This document shows positions 38,208 through 48,131 of a stretch of DNA of 64,000 nt, in pieces. The DNA comes from Deltaproteobacteria bacterium (lineage in GTDB: Bacteria; Desulfobacterota; Syntrophobacteria; BM002). Under the pieces are notes generated by a model. That model saw only the letters and a program-made list of their open reading frames with translations, was not told the origin of the DNA and searched no databases. The stretch lies in the NCBI GenBank assembly GCA_022340905.1, contig JAJDNB010000040.1, positions 9,603-73,602 on the forward strand. Reading direction: 5' to 3'. The translations under genes were made by a program, and so were the position numbers. The first letter of the stretch is position 1. Every line of letters starts with the position of its first letter.

Positions 38208-39338
38208 ATGAAAAATCTTCTTGCAAAGCTGTTCGTTGCTTCCGTAGTTGGCCTGTTTATCGTTGCTGGAGTGGTTGGGGTCGGCCATGCCGCCGACACG
38301 ATCAAACTGGGTGTGGCTGGACCGCATAGCGGCGATCTTGCCTCTTATGGAATCCCAACCGTAAAAGCAGCCGAGCTTGTGGTTAAAGAAATCAATGCAA
38401 AGGGCGGAGTCCTTGGCAAACAGGTTGAGTTGCTCGTAGAAGATGACGTCTGCAAACCTGAGGTGGCCACCAACACGGCGACCAAGCTGGTATCGGAAAA
38501 AGTTGATGTGGTTCTGGGTCACATCTGCAGCGGTGCCACTAAAGCGGCCCTGGGCATCTATAAAGATTCGAATATCATCGCCATGTCACCTTCGGCCACC
38601 AACCCGGCCTTGACCCAGAGCGGCGATTATCCAAACTTCTTCCGCACCATTGCCTCTGACGATGCCCAGGCAAAACTTGAAGTGGATTTCGCCCTTAATG
38701 TGTTGAAGGTCAAGAAGATAGCCGTGCTTCATGACAAGGGCGACTATGGTAAGGGACTGGCCGAGTTCGCCAAGGCTTTTCTGGAGAATGCCCCTCAGGC
38801 CAAGGTTGTCTTGTACGAGGGCATTACCCCGGGAGCCGTCGATTATTCTGCAGTTGTTCAGAAGATCAGACGCTCGGGAGCCGAAGCGGTCATATTCGGC
38901 GGTTATCATCCGGAGGCGTCCAAGATTGTCAGCCAGATGCGCAAAAAAAGAATGAAAACCATCTTCATTTCTGATGACGGCGTAAAGGATGACACCTTCA
39001 TCAAGGTTGCCAAAGAGTATGCTGAAGGAGTTTATGCCACCGGGCCCAAAGATACATCAAAGAATCCCATGGCGATTGCAGCGGAAGAGGCGCATAAGAA
39101 GGCATACGGTGAAGATCCCGGGGCGTTTTTTCTCAACGCCTATGCCGCTACGTTGGCCCTTCTTAACGGAATCGAAAAGGCCGGTTCAACTGACTACGGT
39201 GCAGTGGAAAAGGCACTGAGAACCCAATTCGTTGACACACCCCTTGGAAAGATCCGTTTTGACGAGAAAGGAGATGCAACGGGTATAGGCTTCTCCATGT
39301 ATCAGGTACAAAACGGAGTATATGTTGAGTTGAAATAG
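38208..39338 (+). CDS. livK: Branched-chain amino acid ABC substrate-binding protein 3 (LivJ/LivK-like)
   Basis: GAGGAGG RBS, DDVCKP, GHICSGAT, SPSATNP, FFRT, GGYHPE. Confidence 0.92.
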   Translation: MKNLLAKLFVASVVGLFIVAGVVGVGHAADTIKLGVAGPHSGDLASYGIPTVKAAELVVKEINAKGGVLGKQVELLVEDDVCKPEVATNTATKLVSEKVDVVLGHICSGATKAALGIYKDSNIIAMSPSATNPALTQSGDYPNFFRTIASDDAQAKLEVDFALNVLKVKKIAVLHDKGDYGKGLAEFAKAFLENAPQAKVVLYEGITPGAVDYSAVVQKIRRSGAEAVIFGGYHPEASKIVSQMRKKRMKTIFISDDGVKDDTFIKVAKEYAEGVYATGPKDTSKNPMAIAAEEAHKKAYGEDPGAFFLNAYAATLALLNGIEKAGSTDYGAVEKALRTQFVDTPLGKIRFDEKGDATGIGFSMYQVQNGVYVELK

Positions 39339-39537
39339 CATATTGAGCAGCTCACTGGAGTCCAGATCTAAGATTAGGGTCAGGCACGGGCGAGAGAGGA
39401 TACCTGCTTACTGCAACTCTTGCGGCCTGGACCATTTATCTGCGACATTTCGAAAAACGATTAGGCCTGCCTAGAAAGCCTCCCACCGGGGGTGAAAGCT
39501 GGAATGTTCCAAGTGAAGGTAATGACTAACTGTTTCT

Positions 39538-39574
39538 TCAGGGGGCAGGCTGCCAAGCCTGCCCCCTGATTTTT
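39538..39574 (+). terminator. Strong intrinsic terminator between livK and livH
   Basis: 14-bp perfect stem TCAGGGGGCAGGCT-GCCA-AGCCTGCCCCCTGA followed by TTTTT. Confidence 0.8.
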
Positions 39575-39646
39575 CAACCCCACCAACTTTGGGAAAATAT
39601 CGGTAACGATCACTAGAATCAATTTAGGGAGCCTCAGTAGCCAGAC

Positions 39647-40549
39647 ATGGAATATTTCCTTGAACTTTTTCTCGGAGGGCTGACCCGGGGGAGCATCTAT
39701 GCCCTCATAGCCCTTGGCTACACCATGGTGTATGGCATTATCGAGCTGATAAACTTTGCCCATGGTGAAATTTACATGATTGGAGGATTCACAGCTCTGA
39801 TCATCGCAGGCGTCCTAACTATGCTGGGATGGAATGTGATTGCAATCCTGGTTATAGCCTCGATTGCGGCGGTAGTCTACTCGTCAGCATACGGTTACAC
39901 AATTGAAAAGATGGCATACAAACCCCTGCGCCAGGCCCCGCGTCTTTCTGCTCTGATCAGCGCCATCGGCATGTCACTGTTCCTGCAAAATTATGTACTT
40001 CTGGCCCAAACTTCTGACTTTCTGCCATTTCCGAGGTTGATTCCGGATTTTGAGTTCTGGGAACCCTATGCCCATATTATCAGTTCTCAGGAAATTGTTA
40101 TCATCATCAGCACGACAATTGTCATGATTCTGCTCACCTTTTTGATTAAGTTCACCAAAATTGGTAAAGCCATGCGCGCAACCGCCCAGGACAGGAAGAT
40201 GGCCATGTTGGTGGGCATTGATGTGGACCGGGTTATCTCGGTCACATTTCTCGTTGGGTCGGCAACGGCCGGTTTGGGTGGGGTACTCATTGCCTCGCAC
40301 ATCGGCCAGATAAATTTTTACGTGGGATTCATTGCTGGCATAAAGGCATTTGTTGCGGCAGTACTAGGTGGAATCGGCAGTATGCCGGGTGCTGTTCTGG
40401 GAAGCCTTGTTCTAGGCTGGACAGAAAGCTTTTTTACTGGTTACGTCTCCAGTGACTACGAGGACCTTTTTGCCTTTTTATTTTTGGTCTTTATCCTCAT
40501 CTTCAGGCCCGCAGGAATTCTCGGACGCTCCGAAGAGGAAAAGGTGTAG
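39647..40549 (+). CDS. livH: BCAA ABC transporter permease LivH
   Basis: GSIYALIALGYTMVYGIIELINFAHGEIYM, GKAMRATAQD, KAFVAAVLGGIGS. Confidence 0.96.
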   Translation: MEYFLELFLGGLTRGSIYALIALGYTMVYGIIELINFAHGEIYMIGGFTALIIAGVLTMLGWNVIAILVIASIAAVVYSSAYGYTIEKMAYKPLRQAPRLSALISAIGMSLFLQNYVLLAQTSDFLPFPRLIPDFEFWEPYAHIISSQEIVIIISTTIVMILLTFLIKFTKIGKAMRATAQDRKMAMLVGIDVDRVISVTFLVGSATAGLGGVLIASHIGQINFYVGFIAGIKAFVAAVLGGIGSMPGAVLGSLVLGWTESFFTGYVSSDYEDLFAFLFLVFILIFRPAGILGRSEEEKV

Positions 40550-40635
40550 GATCAAGAGATAATTTGCCACGGTTTGGCGGTCATTAGAGATGGGGCCATG
40601 ACATCGATCAATGAAGCTTTGTTGGGATTTGAGAA

Positions 40636-41865
40636 TTGATTACTTTTGAAGAAATCAAAAGGTCTTTTCTGGTTTGCCTGTGGTTCATGTTTCTGACCTT
40701 CCCAATTATGGTCATCAGGGTCAATACCGTTGAAGACGTGATTGAGTGGCGTTGGTTTAACTTGCTAATCGTTGGGCTCGGCAGTTTTTTCCTCAGTTTT
40801 GTTTGGCGTTACTTCATAAGAAAACAGGAAAGGGGCAAGAAAAAGGCTCAGGCGGGTGAGATTGGCGAAATAGCTATCAGCCGGAGGCTCCTTAGAGAGC
40901 CAAAGATTTATGTGCCAGCCCTGGTAGTGCTTTCAATTTTCGCCGTGGTGTTTCCTTTCATATTCTCCATGTATCAGATCAATATTATGATCACCGGTCT
41001 CATATATGTCATGCTCGGCCTGGGACTGAACATAGTCGTTGGACTTGCCGGTCTGTTGGATCTGGGATATGTGGCCTTTTATGCGGTGGGAGCATACTCC
41101 TATGCACTCTTGAACTATCATTTTGGCATAAACTTCTGGATCGCGCTTCCCATCGGTGCTGGTCTGGGAGCATTCTTCGGCATTCTTCTGGGATTTCCAG
41201 TGCTGCGTTTGCGGGGAGACTACTTGGCTATCGTAACTCTCGGTTTTGGGGAAATCATACGGCTCATCCTGGAAAACTGGAATGAATTTTCTTTCGGTCC
41301 CAGCGGTATTGCAAATATACCGCGCCCACCGTTTTTCGGGGTTCAACTTTCTCTGCAGAATGCAACCATATATATTTACTACCTGATGATTCTTCTGGTG
41401 ATTTTCACCATTTTTGTTGTCCAACGGTTGCAGAATTCCAGAATCGGCAGGGCCTGGATCGCCTTAAGGGAGGATGAGGTCGCCTGTGAGGCCATGGGCA
41501 TCGACAAGAGGAAGACGAAGCTGACCGCCTTCGCTTTGGGCGCAACCTGGGCGGGGATGGCAGGTGTTATCTTTGCGGCCAAGACTACCTTCATAAATCC
41601 AGCAAGTTTTACCATTTGGGAATCGATTATCATTCTCTGTATTGTGGTGCTGGGTGGGATGGGCTCCATCGTCGGGGTTGTTATCGGAGCATTTATCTTG
41701 ATTCTGCTGCCGGAATATCTAAGGGTGTTCTCCGAATACCGGATGCTGGTTTTCGGGGCTATGCTGGTGCTCATGATGGTCTTTCGTCCCGGCGGAATCG
41801 TCAGCGATGTCCGACGAACATACAAGTTTGAAGGGTTGCAAAACAGAAACGGAGAGAATCTCTAG
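40636..41865 (+). CDS. livM: BCAA ABC transporter permease LivM
   Basis: LGLNIVVGLAGLLDLGYVAFY, LRLRGDYLAIVTLGFGEI, GRAWIALREDE. Confidence 0.96.
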   Translation: MITFEEIKRSFLVCLWFMFLTFPIMVIRVNTVEDVIEWRWFNLLIVGLGSFFLSFVWRYFIRKQERGKKKAQAGEIGEIAISRRLLREPKIYVPALVVLSIFAVVFPFIFSMYQINIMITGLIYVMLGLGLNIVVGLAGLLDLGYVAFYAVGAYSYALLNYHFGINFWIALPIGAGLGAFFGILLGFPVLRLRGDYLAIVTLGFGEIIRLILENWNEFSFGPSGIANIPRPPFFGVQLSLQNATIYIYYLMILLVIFTIFVVQRLQNSRIGRAWIALREDEVACEAMGIDKRKTKLTAFALGATWAGMAGVIFAAKTTFINPASFTIWESIIILCIVVLGGMGSIVGVVIGAFILILLPEYLRVFSEYRMLVFGAMLVLMMVFRPGGIVSDVRRTYKFEGLQNRNGENL

Positions 41866-41869
41866 GCAA

Positions 41870-42658
41870 ATGGCACCAATACTTGACGTAAAAGGTCTGA
41901 GTATGGACTTTGGCGGCCTGCGGGCGCTGGATCGATTGGATCTAGATGTTGATGAGGGGGAAATCGTTGCTATAATCGGGCCCAACGGTGCCGGGAAAAC
42001 CACTTTTTTTAACTGTATAACCGGGATTCACCCTCCGACTGAAGGAGAGATGCTCATATCACCCCCCGGAAAGAAGCCAAAAAGTTTAAAGGGTCTGAAG
42101 CCCAACCAGGTAACCGAACGGGGTTTGGCTCGGACATTTCAGAATATCCGGTTGTTTCCTAATATGACGGTCCTAGAGAATGTCATGATCGGTCGCCACT
42201 GCCGAATGTCAGCAGGCATCCTGGGAGCAATTTTGCGGGGTTCATCAACCGTCAAAGAAGAAAAGGAAGTGGTGGGAGAGAGCTACGTCATCCTCGAAAA
42301 GGTCGGCCTCACAGACTTCGTCAATGAGTTCGCCATGAATCTTCCTTACGGGGCTCAGAGGCGTCTTGAAATCGCCAGGGCCATGGCGACAGAGCCGTTC
42401 CTACTCTTGCTTGATGAACCGGCTGCTGGTATGAACATCAGGGAAACCAAGGAGCTTGACGAGCTGATCATATGGATCCGCGACAATGAGAAGATGTCCA
42501 TTCTGCTGATCGAACATGATATGAAGCTCGTTATGAGTCTGTCCGATCGCATTTTTGTGGTGGATTACGGAAGGAAAATCGCCCAGGGTACACCCTCAGA
42601 GATAAAACATAATCCGGCCGTGATCAAAGCATATCTCGGGGAAGAGATTGATGCTTGA
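41870..42658 (+). CDS. livG: BCAA ABC transporter ATPase LivG
   Basis: GPNGAGKTT, RTFQNIRLF, LPYGAQRRLEIARA, LLLDEPAAG, LIEHDM. Confidence 0.96.
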   Translation: MAPILDVKGLSMDFGGLRALDRLDLDVDEGEIVAIIGPNGAGKTTFFNCITGIHPPTEGEMLISPPGKKPKSLKGLKPNQVTERGLARTFQNIRLFPNMTVLENVMIGRHCRMSAGILGAILRGSSTVKEEKEVVGESYVILEKVGLTDFVNEFAMNLPYGAQRRLEIARAMATEPFLLLLDEPAAGMNIRETKELDELIIWIRDNEKMSILLIEHDMKLVMSLSDRIFVVDYGRKIAQGTPSEIKHNPAVIKAYLGEEIDA

Positions 42659-43358
42659 GCTAAGGAATTTGCAAACTTTCTACGGCGGCATTCATGCCTT
42701 GAAAGATGTCAGCATGAAGGTCTCGGAGGGAGAGATAATTACCCTGATAGGTGCGAACGGAGCAGGGAAAACCACGACGCTCATGTCCATTTGTGGAATA
42801 GTACCACCGAGGTCGGGCGAAATACTGTTCATGGGTAAACCGATTCATCATTTAACTCCCAATGAAATTGTCTCCCTAGGAATCTCCCAGGTTCCTGAAG
42901 GGAGAAGAATTTTTCCCTACTTAACCGTGATAGAAAACCTGGACATGGGAGCTTTTTTGCGCACTGACAAAGACGGGATAAAGCAGGATATGGAGTACAT
43001 CTTCGAGCTTTTTCCGATTCTTGCAGAAAGGCGCCAACAGGCTGGTGGCACACTCAGTGGTGGTGAACAACAGATGCTCGCCATTTCTCGTGCACTGATG
43101 GCCAGACCGATGCTCCTGTTGATGGATGAGCCCTCCCTGGGACTAGCACCCCTTATAGTCAAGCAGATTTTCGAAATCATCAGGAAGGTGAACAGTGAAA
43201 ATAACACCACCATTTTCCTTGTGGAGCAGAATGCAAACTTGGCCCTCAAAGTGGCCCACAGGGGTTATGTAATAGAAACCGGCCGGATAACACTTGCAAA
43301 TTCTGCAAAAAAACTCCTTGCCGACGAAAAGGTAAAGAAGGCATATTTGGGGTTGTGA
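42651..43358 (+). CDS. livF: BCAA ABC transporter ATPase LivF
   Basis: GANGAGKTT, VPEGRRIF, LSGGEQQMLAI, MDEPSLGLAP, LVEQNA. Confidence 0.96.
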   Translation: MLELRNLQTFYGGIHALKDVSMKVSEGEIITLIGANGAGKTTTLMSICGIVPPRSGEILFMGKPIHHLTPNEIVSLGISQVPEGRRIFPYLTVIENLDMGAFLRTDKDGIKQDMEYIFELFPILAERRQQAGGTLSGGEQQMLAISRALMARPMLLLMDEPSLGLAPLIVKQIFEIIRKVNSENNTTIFLVEQNANLALKVAHRGYVIETGRITLANSAKKLLADEKVKKAYLGL

Positions 43359-43586
43359 GTTACTTGGCACAACGACAAGTGGCGACGAAGCAACCTTAGA
43401 TACCTAGAAACTCATTCAATCCTACCTCTCTCAAAGCAAAACACCATCTTGTAGTCAGCAACTCCCTCCAGGTCATGGGGCGTATCGCTTTTTCTTCTTT
43501 TAGCCACATGAGCGTGAGGAAACTTGGGTTTGTTGACGACCACCACCCAGGTGAAGGAGAAGGTGAATTTGGGATAACCGCCTTCA

Positions 43587-43615
43587 TTGACAAACCATAA
43601 CGCTTACGTTAATCT
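43587..43615 (+). promoter_or_regulatory. Putative sigma70 promoter for binding protein 4
   Basis: TTGACA, 17 nt, TAATCT; the ORF-track TTG start at 43587 is this -35 box. Confidence 0.55.
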
Positions 43616-43694
43616 TCCAGCTTATTACACGAAATTGCTAATGATACCGCATAGAGAGAATCAAACAGTAAGACCTTCTGGGACGGTGGGTGAT

Positions 43695-44813
43695 ATGAAG
43701 AAGTTCTTATGTTTTATCCTTGCTTTGGGGTTAATGACTGGCGTTGCGTGGGCAGATATAATCACGATCCCAGTGGTTTCACCCTTCAGTGGCCAGTTGG
43801 CCTCATTCGGTGAAGGCGTGAAAAATGGAGCTGCCCTTAAGGCTTCTGAGATAAATGCTGCCGGAGGAATTAGCGGCCATAAAGTGAAGGTAGTTTTGGA
43901 AGACGACGGCTGCGACCCGAACGAGGCGGCGATTGTGGCCACCAAGTTAGCCAAAGATCCAGAGGTGGTTGTGGTTGTTGGCCACCTTTGCAGTTCAGCT
44001 ACGTTAGCTGCCCTGCCAATTTACCGTGAGGCAAAACTGCCGGCTATCTCTCCAGCCTCCACCAATGCGGCTATCGGCATGATGAGCCCATACTACTTTC
44101 GCAACATATATAGAGATGACTTCCAGGGGACCTTTCTCGCCCGATATGTGGATGAAGTGAAAGGTTTCAAACGTATAGCCATATTCTATGAGGTCAACGA
44201 TTACTCCTTGGGGTTGATGAGCTCTTTTATGAAGGAAGCGGTAAGGCGGGGCATTAAAATCCTTGGAACCGAACCCTATACTTCAGACACCACTGACTTC
44301 AAACCCCAGCTGATCAAGTTCAAGATGATGAGACCTGATGCCATTTTTAATCCCGGCTATGCGCCCCAGGGGACCCTAATCGCTTCCCAGGCTGCTAGTC
44401 TTGGTCTGAAGGTCAAACTTTTCGGGGCTGATGGTCTTGACAACGACCTTATGCTCCAGAATCCCGACGCCGAGGGTCTATTCGTCACTACCCCATTTTT
44501 AGCGGACAAGGCAGGACCGCAGGCCGCTCAGTTCATCGAGGCTTATAAGCGAGTTTTTGGCAAAGACCCAAACTGGTTTGCCGCAAACACTTACGATGCG
44601 GTGGGCATGGCAGCGGAAGCCATCAAGGCAGTCGGCATGGACCGAGAAAGGATACGAGACTATCTGGCAGGGATCAACTCCCCAGACAAGGCATATGCAG
44701 GAGTTGCGGGCAAGACATACTTTGATGAAAACGGTGATTGCCTTAAGGCCGCTTACATTAAAGAGATTAAAGGCGGCAAATGGATCAGCGCGAAAGAACA
44801 GTTGCAACAGTAG
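43695..44813 (+). CDS. Branched-chain amino acid ABC substrate-binding protein 4
   Basis: Signal MKKFLCFILALG, DDGCDP, GHLCSSAT, SPASTN, PGYAPQ, GADG. Confidence 0.9.
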   Translation: MKKFLCFILALGLMTGVAWADIITIPVVSPFSGQLASFGEGVKNGAALKASEINAAGGISGHKVKVVLEDDGCDPNEAAIVATKLAKDPEVVVVVGHLCSSATLAALPIYREAKLPAISPASTNAAIGMMSPYYFRNIYRDDFQGTFLARYVDEVKGFKRIAIFYEVNDYSLGLMSSFMKEAVRRGIKILGTEPYTSDTTDFKPQLIKFKMMRPDAIFNPGYAPQGTLIASQAASLGLKVKLFGADGLDNDLMLQNPDAEGLFVTTPFLADKAGPQAAQFIEAYKRVFGKDPNWFAANTYDAVGMAAEAIKAVGMDRERIRDYLAGINSPDKAYAGVAGKTYFDENGDCLKAAYIKEIKGGKWISAKEQLQQ

Positions 44814-44975
44814 TTCTAGATTCCGACCAAATGCTGAATTGATTACAATATAATGTAATTATTTTGTTAAATAAGCTAGAATTATTTATCAACTAAAGAA
44901 ATTTTTGTTATTGTCCATTTCCTTTCTAATCAGTTTTAACTTTAAAAACCTCATCTCTCCAGCAATCAACCTCCA

Positions 44976-45004
44976 TTGACAAACCAATCTGCTTGGGGTA
45001 AGGT
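44976..45004 (+). promoter_or_regulatory. Putative sigma70 promoter of rarA
   Basis: TTGACA, 17 nt, TAAGGT. Confidence 0.45.
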
Positions 45005-45083
45005 TTCGCTCAAATCCATTGAAATCATTTGAAATCATTAGTGATAGTGGAGCTGTCAACTATCAGCTAATTGCTTTCCAATA

Positions 45084-46475
45084 TTGACGGATGGGGCTTT
45101 GAGACAAGAGGATTTTTTTGCAACTGCTGGCAGGGAGTCAAAAGCACCACTGGCAGAGCGAATGCGGCCCATCACCGTGGCTGAGTTTGTGGGGCAGGAG
45201 CAAATCATGGCTGCCCATAAGCTTTTGGGCCGTCTGCTCAAGCATGGTCGGATGCAATCTCTAATCTTTTGGGGACCGCCAGGTTGCGGTAAAACCACGT
45301 TGGCCCGGTTGATAGCGCAAGAGAGCAACGCTCACCTCATACACCTTTCCGCTGTCACTGCTGGAGTCAAGGACGTTCGGGCGGCCATAGATGAAGCCAG
45401 GCACAAAGGAGGCAGGTCCACAATTTTGTTCGTGGATGAGATTCATCGTTTCAACAAGGCCCAGCAGGACTTACTCCTCCCGTATGTGGAAAACGGCACA
45501 GTAACTTTCTTCGGGGCAACGACCGAGAATCCTTCCTTCGAAGTCATTTCCCCACTGCTTTCGAGAGCACCAGTAGTGTTGCTGGAGCCTTTGAATGAGT
45601 CCGATCTAGAACATATTCTCCGTCGAGCCCTGGCCGATAGGGAGAGGGGATTAGGAGGTTTGAGACCCAAGGTTGACGATGACGCTCTGAAGTATTTGAT
45701 CGGAGCGGCACAAGGAGATGCCCGCTTGGCCCTCAGCGGCTTGGAGGCGGCTGTGCACACCACTGCCGAGGATGAGAGTGGTTATCGTCGCGTAGACCGC
45801 CAGTCAATGGAAGATGCTATCCTGAAGAAATCTCTTATTTATGACAAAGGCGGTGAGGAACACTACAACCTGATTTCGGCTCTGCACAAAAGTTTGCGCG
45901 GCAGCGACCCGGACGGCGCCCTTTACTGGCTCGCTCGAATGCTGGAGGCTGGAGAAGATCCTCTGTACATCGCCCGCAGAATGGTTCGTTTTGCCTCGGA
46001 AGATGTGGGTTTAGCCGATCCGCGGGCTCTCATGGTAGCAGTGGCAGCACAGCAGGCCTTTCATTTAGTGGGCCGGCCTGAAGGGGATCTAGCCCTGGCA
46101 GAAGCAGCAATCTATCTGGCGACGGCGCCGAAGAGCAATGCTCTCTATAAAGCTTACTCCGAAGCCCGGCGACAGGCTGAGGAAAGGGGTAGCTTGCCAG
46201 TACCCTTGGAGATGCGCAACGCACCGACGGCCTTGATGCGGAACCTGGGTTATGGCCGCGACTACCGTTATCCTCATGATTTCCCAGAGGCCCACGTACC
46301 CATGAGTTACCTACCGGAAGCTTTGCAGGACTTGAAATTTTACCAACCTACAAACCGAGGCTATGAGGTGACCCTGACAGAACGTTTAAAGTACTGGCGC
46401 CACCGGGTTCGGCAAGAACGAGGAAAGCAGAGGAGAGAAAGAACCAGCGAGACTGGCGAGACGAGCGAGACGTGA
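45084..46475 (+). CDS. rarA: Replication-associated recombination protein A (MgsA)
   Basis: PLAERMRP, WGPPGCGKTT, FVDEIHRFNKAQQD, GATTENPSFEV, SALHKSLRGSDPD, YRYPHD. Confidence 0.97.
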   Translation: MTDGALRQEDFFATAGRESKAPLAERMRPITVAEFVGQEQIMAAHKLLGRLLKHGRMQSLIFWGPPGCGKTTLARLIAQESNAHLIHLSAVTAGVKDVRAAIDEARHKGGRSTILFVDEIHRFNKAQQDLLLPYVENGTVTFFGATTENPSFEVISPLLSRAPVVLLEPLNESDLEHILRRALADRERGLGGLRPKVDDDALKYLIGAAQGDARLALSGLEAAVHTTAEDESGYRRVDRQSMEDAILKKSLIYDKGGEEHYNLISALHKSLRGSDPDGALYWLARMLEAGEDPLYIARRMVRFASEDVGLADPRALMVAVAAQQAFHLVGRPEGDLALAEAAIYLATAPKSNALYKAYSEARRQAEERGSLPVPLEMRNAPTALMRNLGYGRDYRYPHDFPEAHVPMSYLPEALQDLKFYQPTNRGYEVTLTERLKYWRHRVRQERGKQRRERTSETGETSET

Positions 46476-46538
46476 AACACAAGAGAATTTAAATGATTTT
46501 GACTCGACTTCCCTTCTCGCCCGACCTCCCGTCTCGCC
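46446..46538. repeat. Nonamer repeat palindrome overlapping the rarA 3' end
   Basis: agcgagact ggcgagacg agcgagacg then TGA; inverted unit cgtctcgcc at 46530-46538. Confidence 0.75.
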
Positions 46539-47158
46539 GCACGGTGCTCCACCACAAGTACAGGAAGACAGAAGGCGTTTTGACTCGCATAACCATTATT
46601 AACATAGTGATTTTGTTGGTGTTTATGAGTGCCGTGCACGGGTTGGCGGAGGAGGGCGAGTTGTCCTCAGCACGAGGTATTGAACGTTACCAAAAGCTCG
46701 TGCAGGCTAATCCGCAGAAAGCTCCCTATTGGAATGCCCTGGGCTACTACTATCTCAAGTCCGGAGATCTACAAACAGCGAAAACAAACTTTGCAAAAGC
46801 AATTGAACTCGACGGGACTTACCCGATTCCCCACAACAATCTAGGAGTTGTCTATCTGAAGCAAAAACTCCCCGAGCAGGCAGAAAGCGAGTTTCGCCAG
46901 GCTGTCAGACTAAATCCCCATTACTGCAAGGCTCAATACAACTTGGCAGTCGCTCTCTTCCACCAGAAACGTTACATGGATGCAGGCAAAGCCTATATGA
47001 AAGCTCGGGATTTAGACAGTAAGTATGTTGAGCGGAGGAATAGCCGAGAAAATCTAGAAAGGAAGATAGAGAAGGTTTTGGACGACAAGGTAGATGAGGA
47101 CGATAAATCCACTCAAGAGTTAAAACGGATGAGGCAATGGTTCGCTCCCTCCTACTAG
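46493..47158 (+). CDS. Exported tetratricopeptide repeat protein (true start may be TTG 46580)
   Basis: Signal-like hydrophobic stretch, then TPRs (YWNALGYYY, PHNNLGVVY, AQYNLAVAL). Confidence 0.85.
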   Translation: MILTRLPFSPDLPSRRTVLHHKYRKTEGVLTRITIINIVILLVFMSAVHGLAEEGELSSARGIERYQKLVQANPQKAPYWNALGYYYLKSGDLQTAKTNFAKAIELDGTYPIPHNNLGVVYLKQKLPEQAESEFRQAVRLNPHYCKAQYNLAVALFHQKRYMDAGKAYMKARDLDSKYVERRNSRENLERKIEKVLDDKVDEDDKSTQELKRMRQWFAPSY

Positions 47159-48069
47159 GCAGATTTGGCTGGTGCTGGATTTTTCTTCTTCCCCTAGCGG
47201 TTCTGGTCCAGCCGGTGGCGGCCGGGGAAAGGGCGGATCGTTTATGGGACCTGGCAAATCATCTCTACGACAAGCAAGACTACTACCGGGCCTTGACCGA
47301 GTACCAACGTTTTGTTTTTCTCTTTTCCGAAGATCAAAGAAATGACCAGGCAAAGCTTCAAATCGGCAGGTGCTATCGACGGGAGGGTGAGACTAATAAG
47401 GCTTTCAGCTACCTGATCAGATTGTATAAAAGCACGGCGGAAAAACCGATTGGGCCTGAAATCTTGTTGGAGATGATAGCCATCCGGCAGGATCAAGGAC
47501 GGAATTCCAGGGCCGTCTATTGGACGAAACAGTTCATTGAGAGGTATCCTGACTGTAAGGATCTCGATACCGTCTACCTGAGCCTCGCGTGGCTCCAAAT
47601 CGACAGCGGTAAGTATGATTCAGCAGTGGCCACCCTTGAGCGGATTCAGCCGGAGAGTGCTCACTACTCCACGGCAAGATCACTGCGTGGGGCATTGCAG
47701 CAGCGGCCGGAAGTAGGGCAGAGGTCTCCTACAATGGCAGGAGCCCTGTCCGCAGTCTTGCCAGGTTCAGGCCACCTTTATGCTGGTCGCCCAGCTCAGG
47801 CTGCCTCATCGTTTTTACTCAACGCACTATTTATTACGGGGGCGGTTCTGGCCTTTGAACATGACAGCCCGGCCCTTGGTGGAATTCTGGTATTTTTTGA
47901 AATGGGCTGGTATGTGGGGGGAATCCGCAGTGCTGTGCAAGCGGTCCGGGAGGAGAACCAGAAAGAAGAAATTCACTACCGCCGGGAGCTTAAGGAAAAA
48001 TACCGGCTTTCTTTTGGCCTGGAGCCCAGGAAAGATCGACTAGCGCTCTACCTACGTCTGAGCTTTTAG
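47137..48069 (+). CDS. TPR / BamD-like protein with C-terminal membrane segment
   Basis: YYRALTEYQRF, AKLQIGRCY, FIERYP; C-terminal ALSAVLPGSGHLYAG and TM helices. Confidence 0.7.
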   Translation: MVRSLLLGRFGWCWIFLLPLAVLVQPVAAGERADRLWDLANHLYDKQDYYRALTEYQRFVFLFSEDQRNDQAKLQIGRCYRREGETNKAFSYLIRLYKSTAEKPIGPEILLEMIAIRQDQGRNSRAVYWTKQFIERYPDCKDLDTVYLSLAWLQIDSGKYDSAVATLERIQPESAHYSTARSLRGALQQRPEVGQRSPTMAGALSAVLPGSGHLYAGRPAQAASSFLLNALFITGAVLAFEHDSPALGGILVFFEMGWYVGGIRSAVQAVREENQKEEIHYRRELKEKYRLSFGLEPRKDRLALYLRLSF

Positions 48070-48131
48070 GGATAGACAGTAAATATTTCCCAGGTAGTGT
48101 ACAATACATCAAGCGAGTAGGGATTGCCTAC

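Noticed and set aside
39339-39537. c-di-GMP or glycine riboswitch before livH
   Set aside because: Only the fragment GAAAGCCTCC resembles c-di-GMP-I; required paired elements are missing
43347-43363. Sigma-54 promoters at TGGCAC sites (also near 14019, 16170, 18909, 31440)
   Set aside because: None has the TTGC -12 element at the correct spacing
43500-43598. Small selenoprotein (minus strand MVCQ-UGA-RRL...)
   Set aside because: No RBS, no recognisable SECIS hairpin, no known selenoprotein motif; it overlaps a putative promoter
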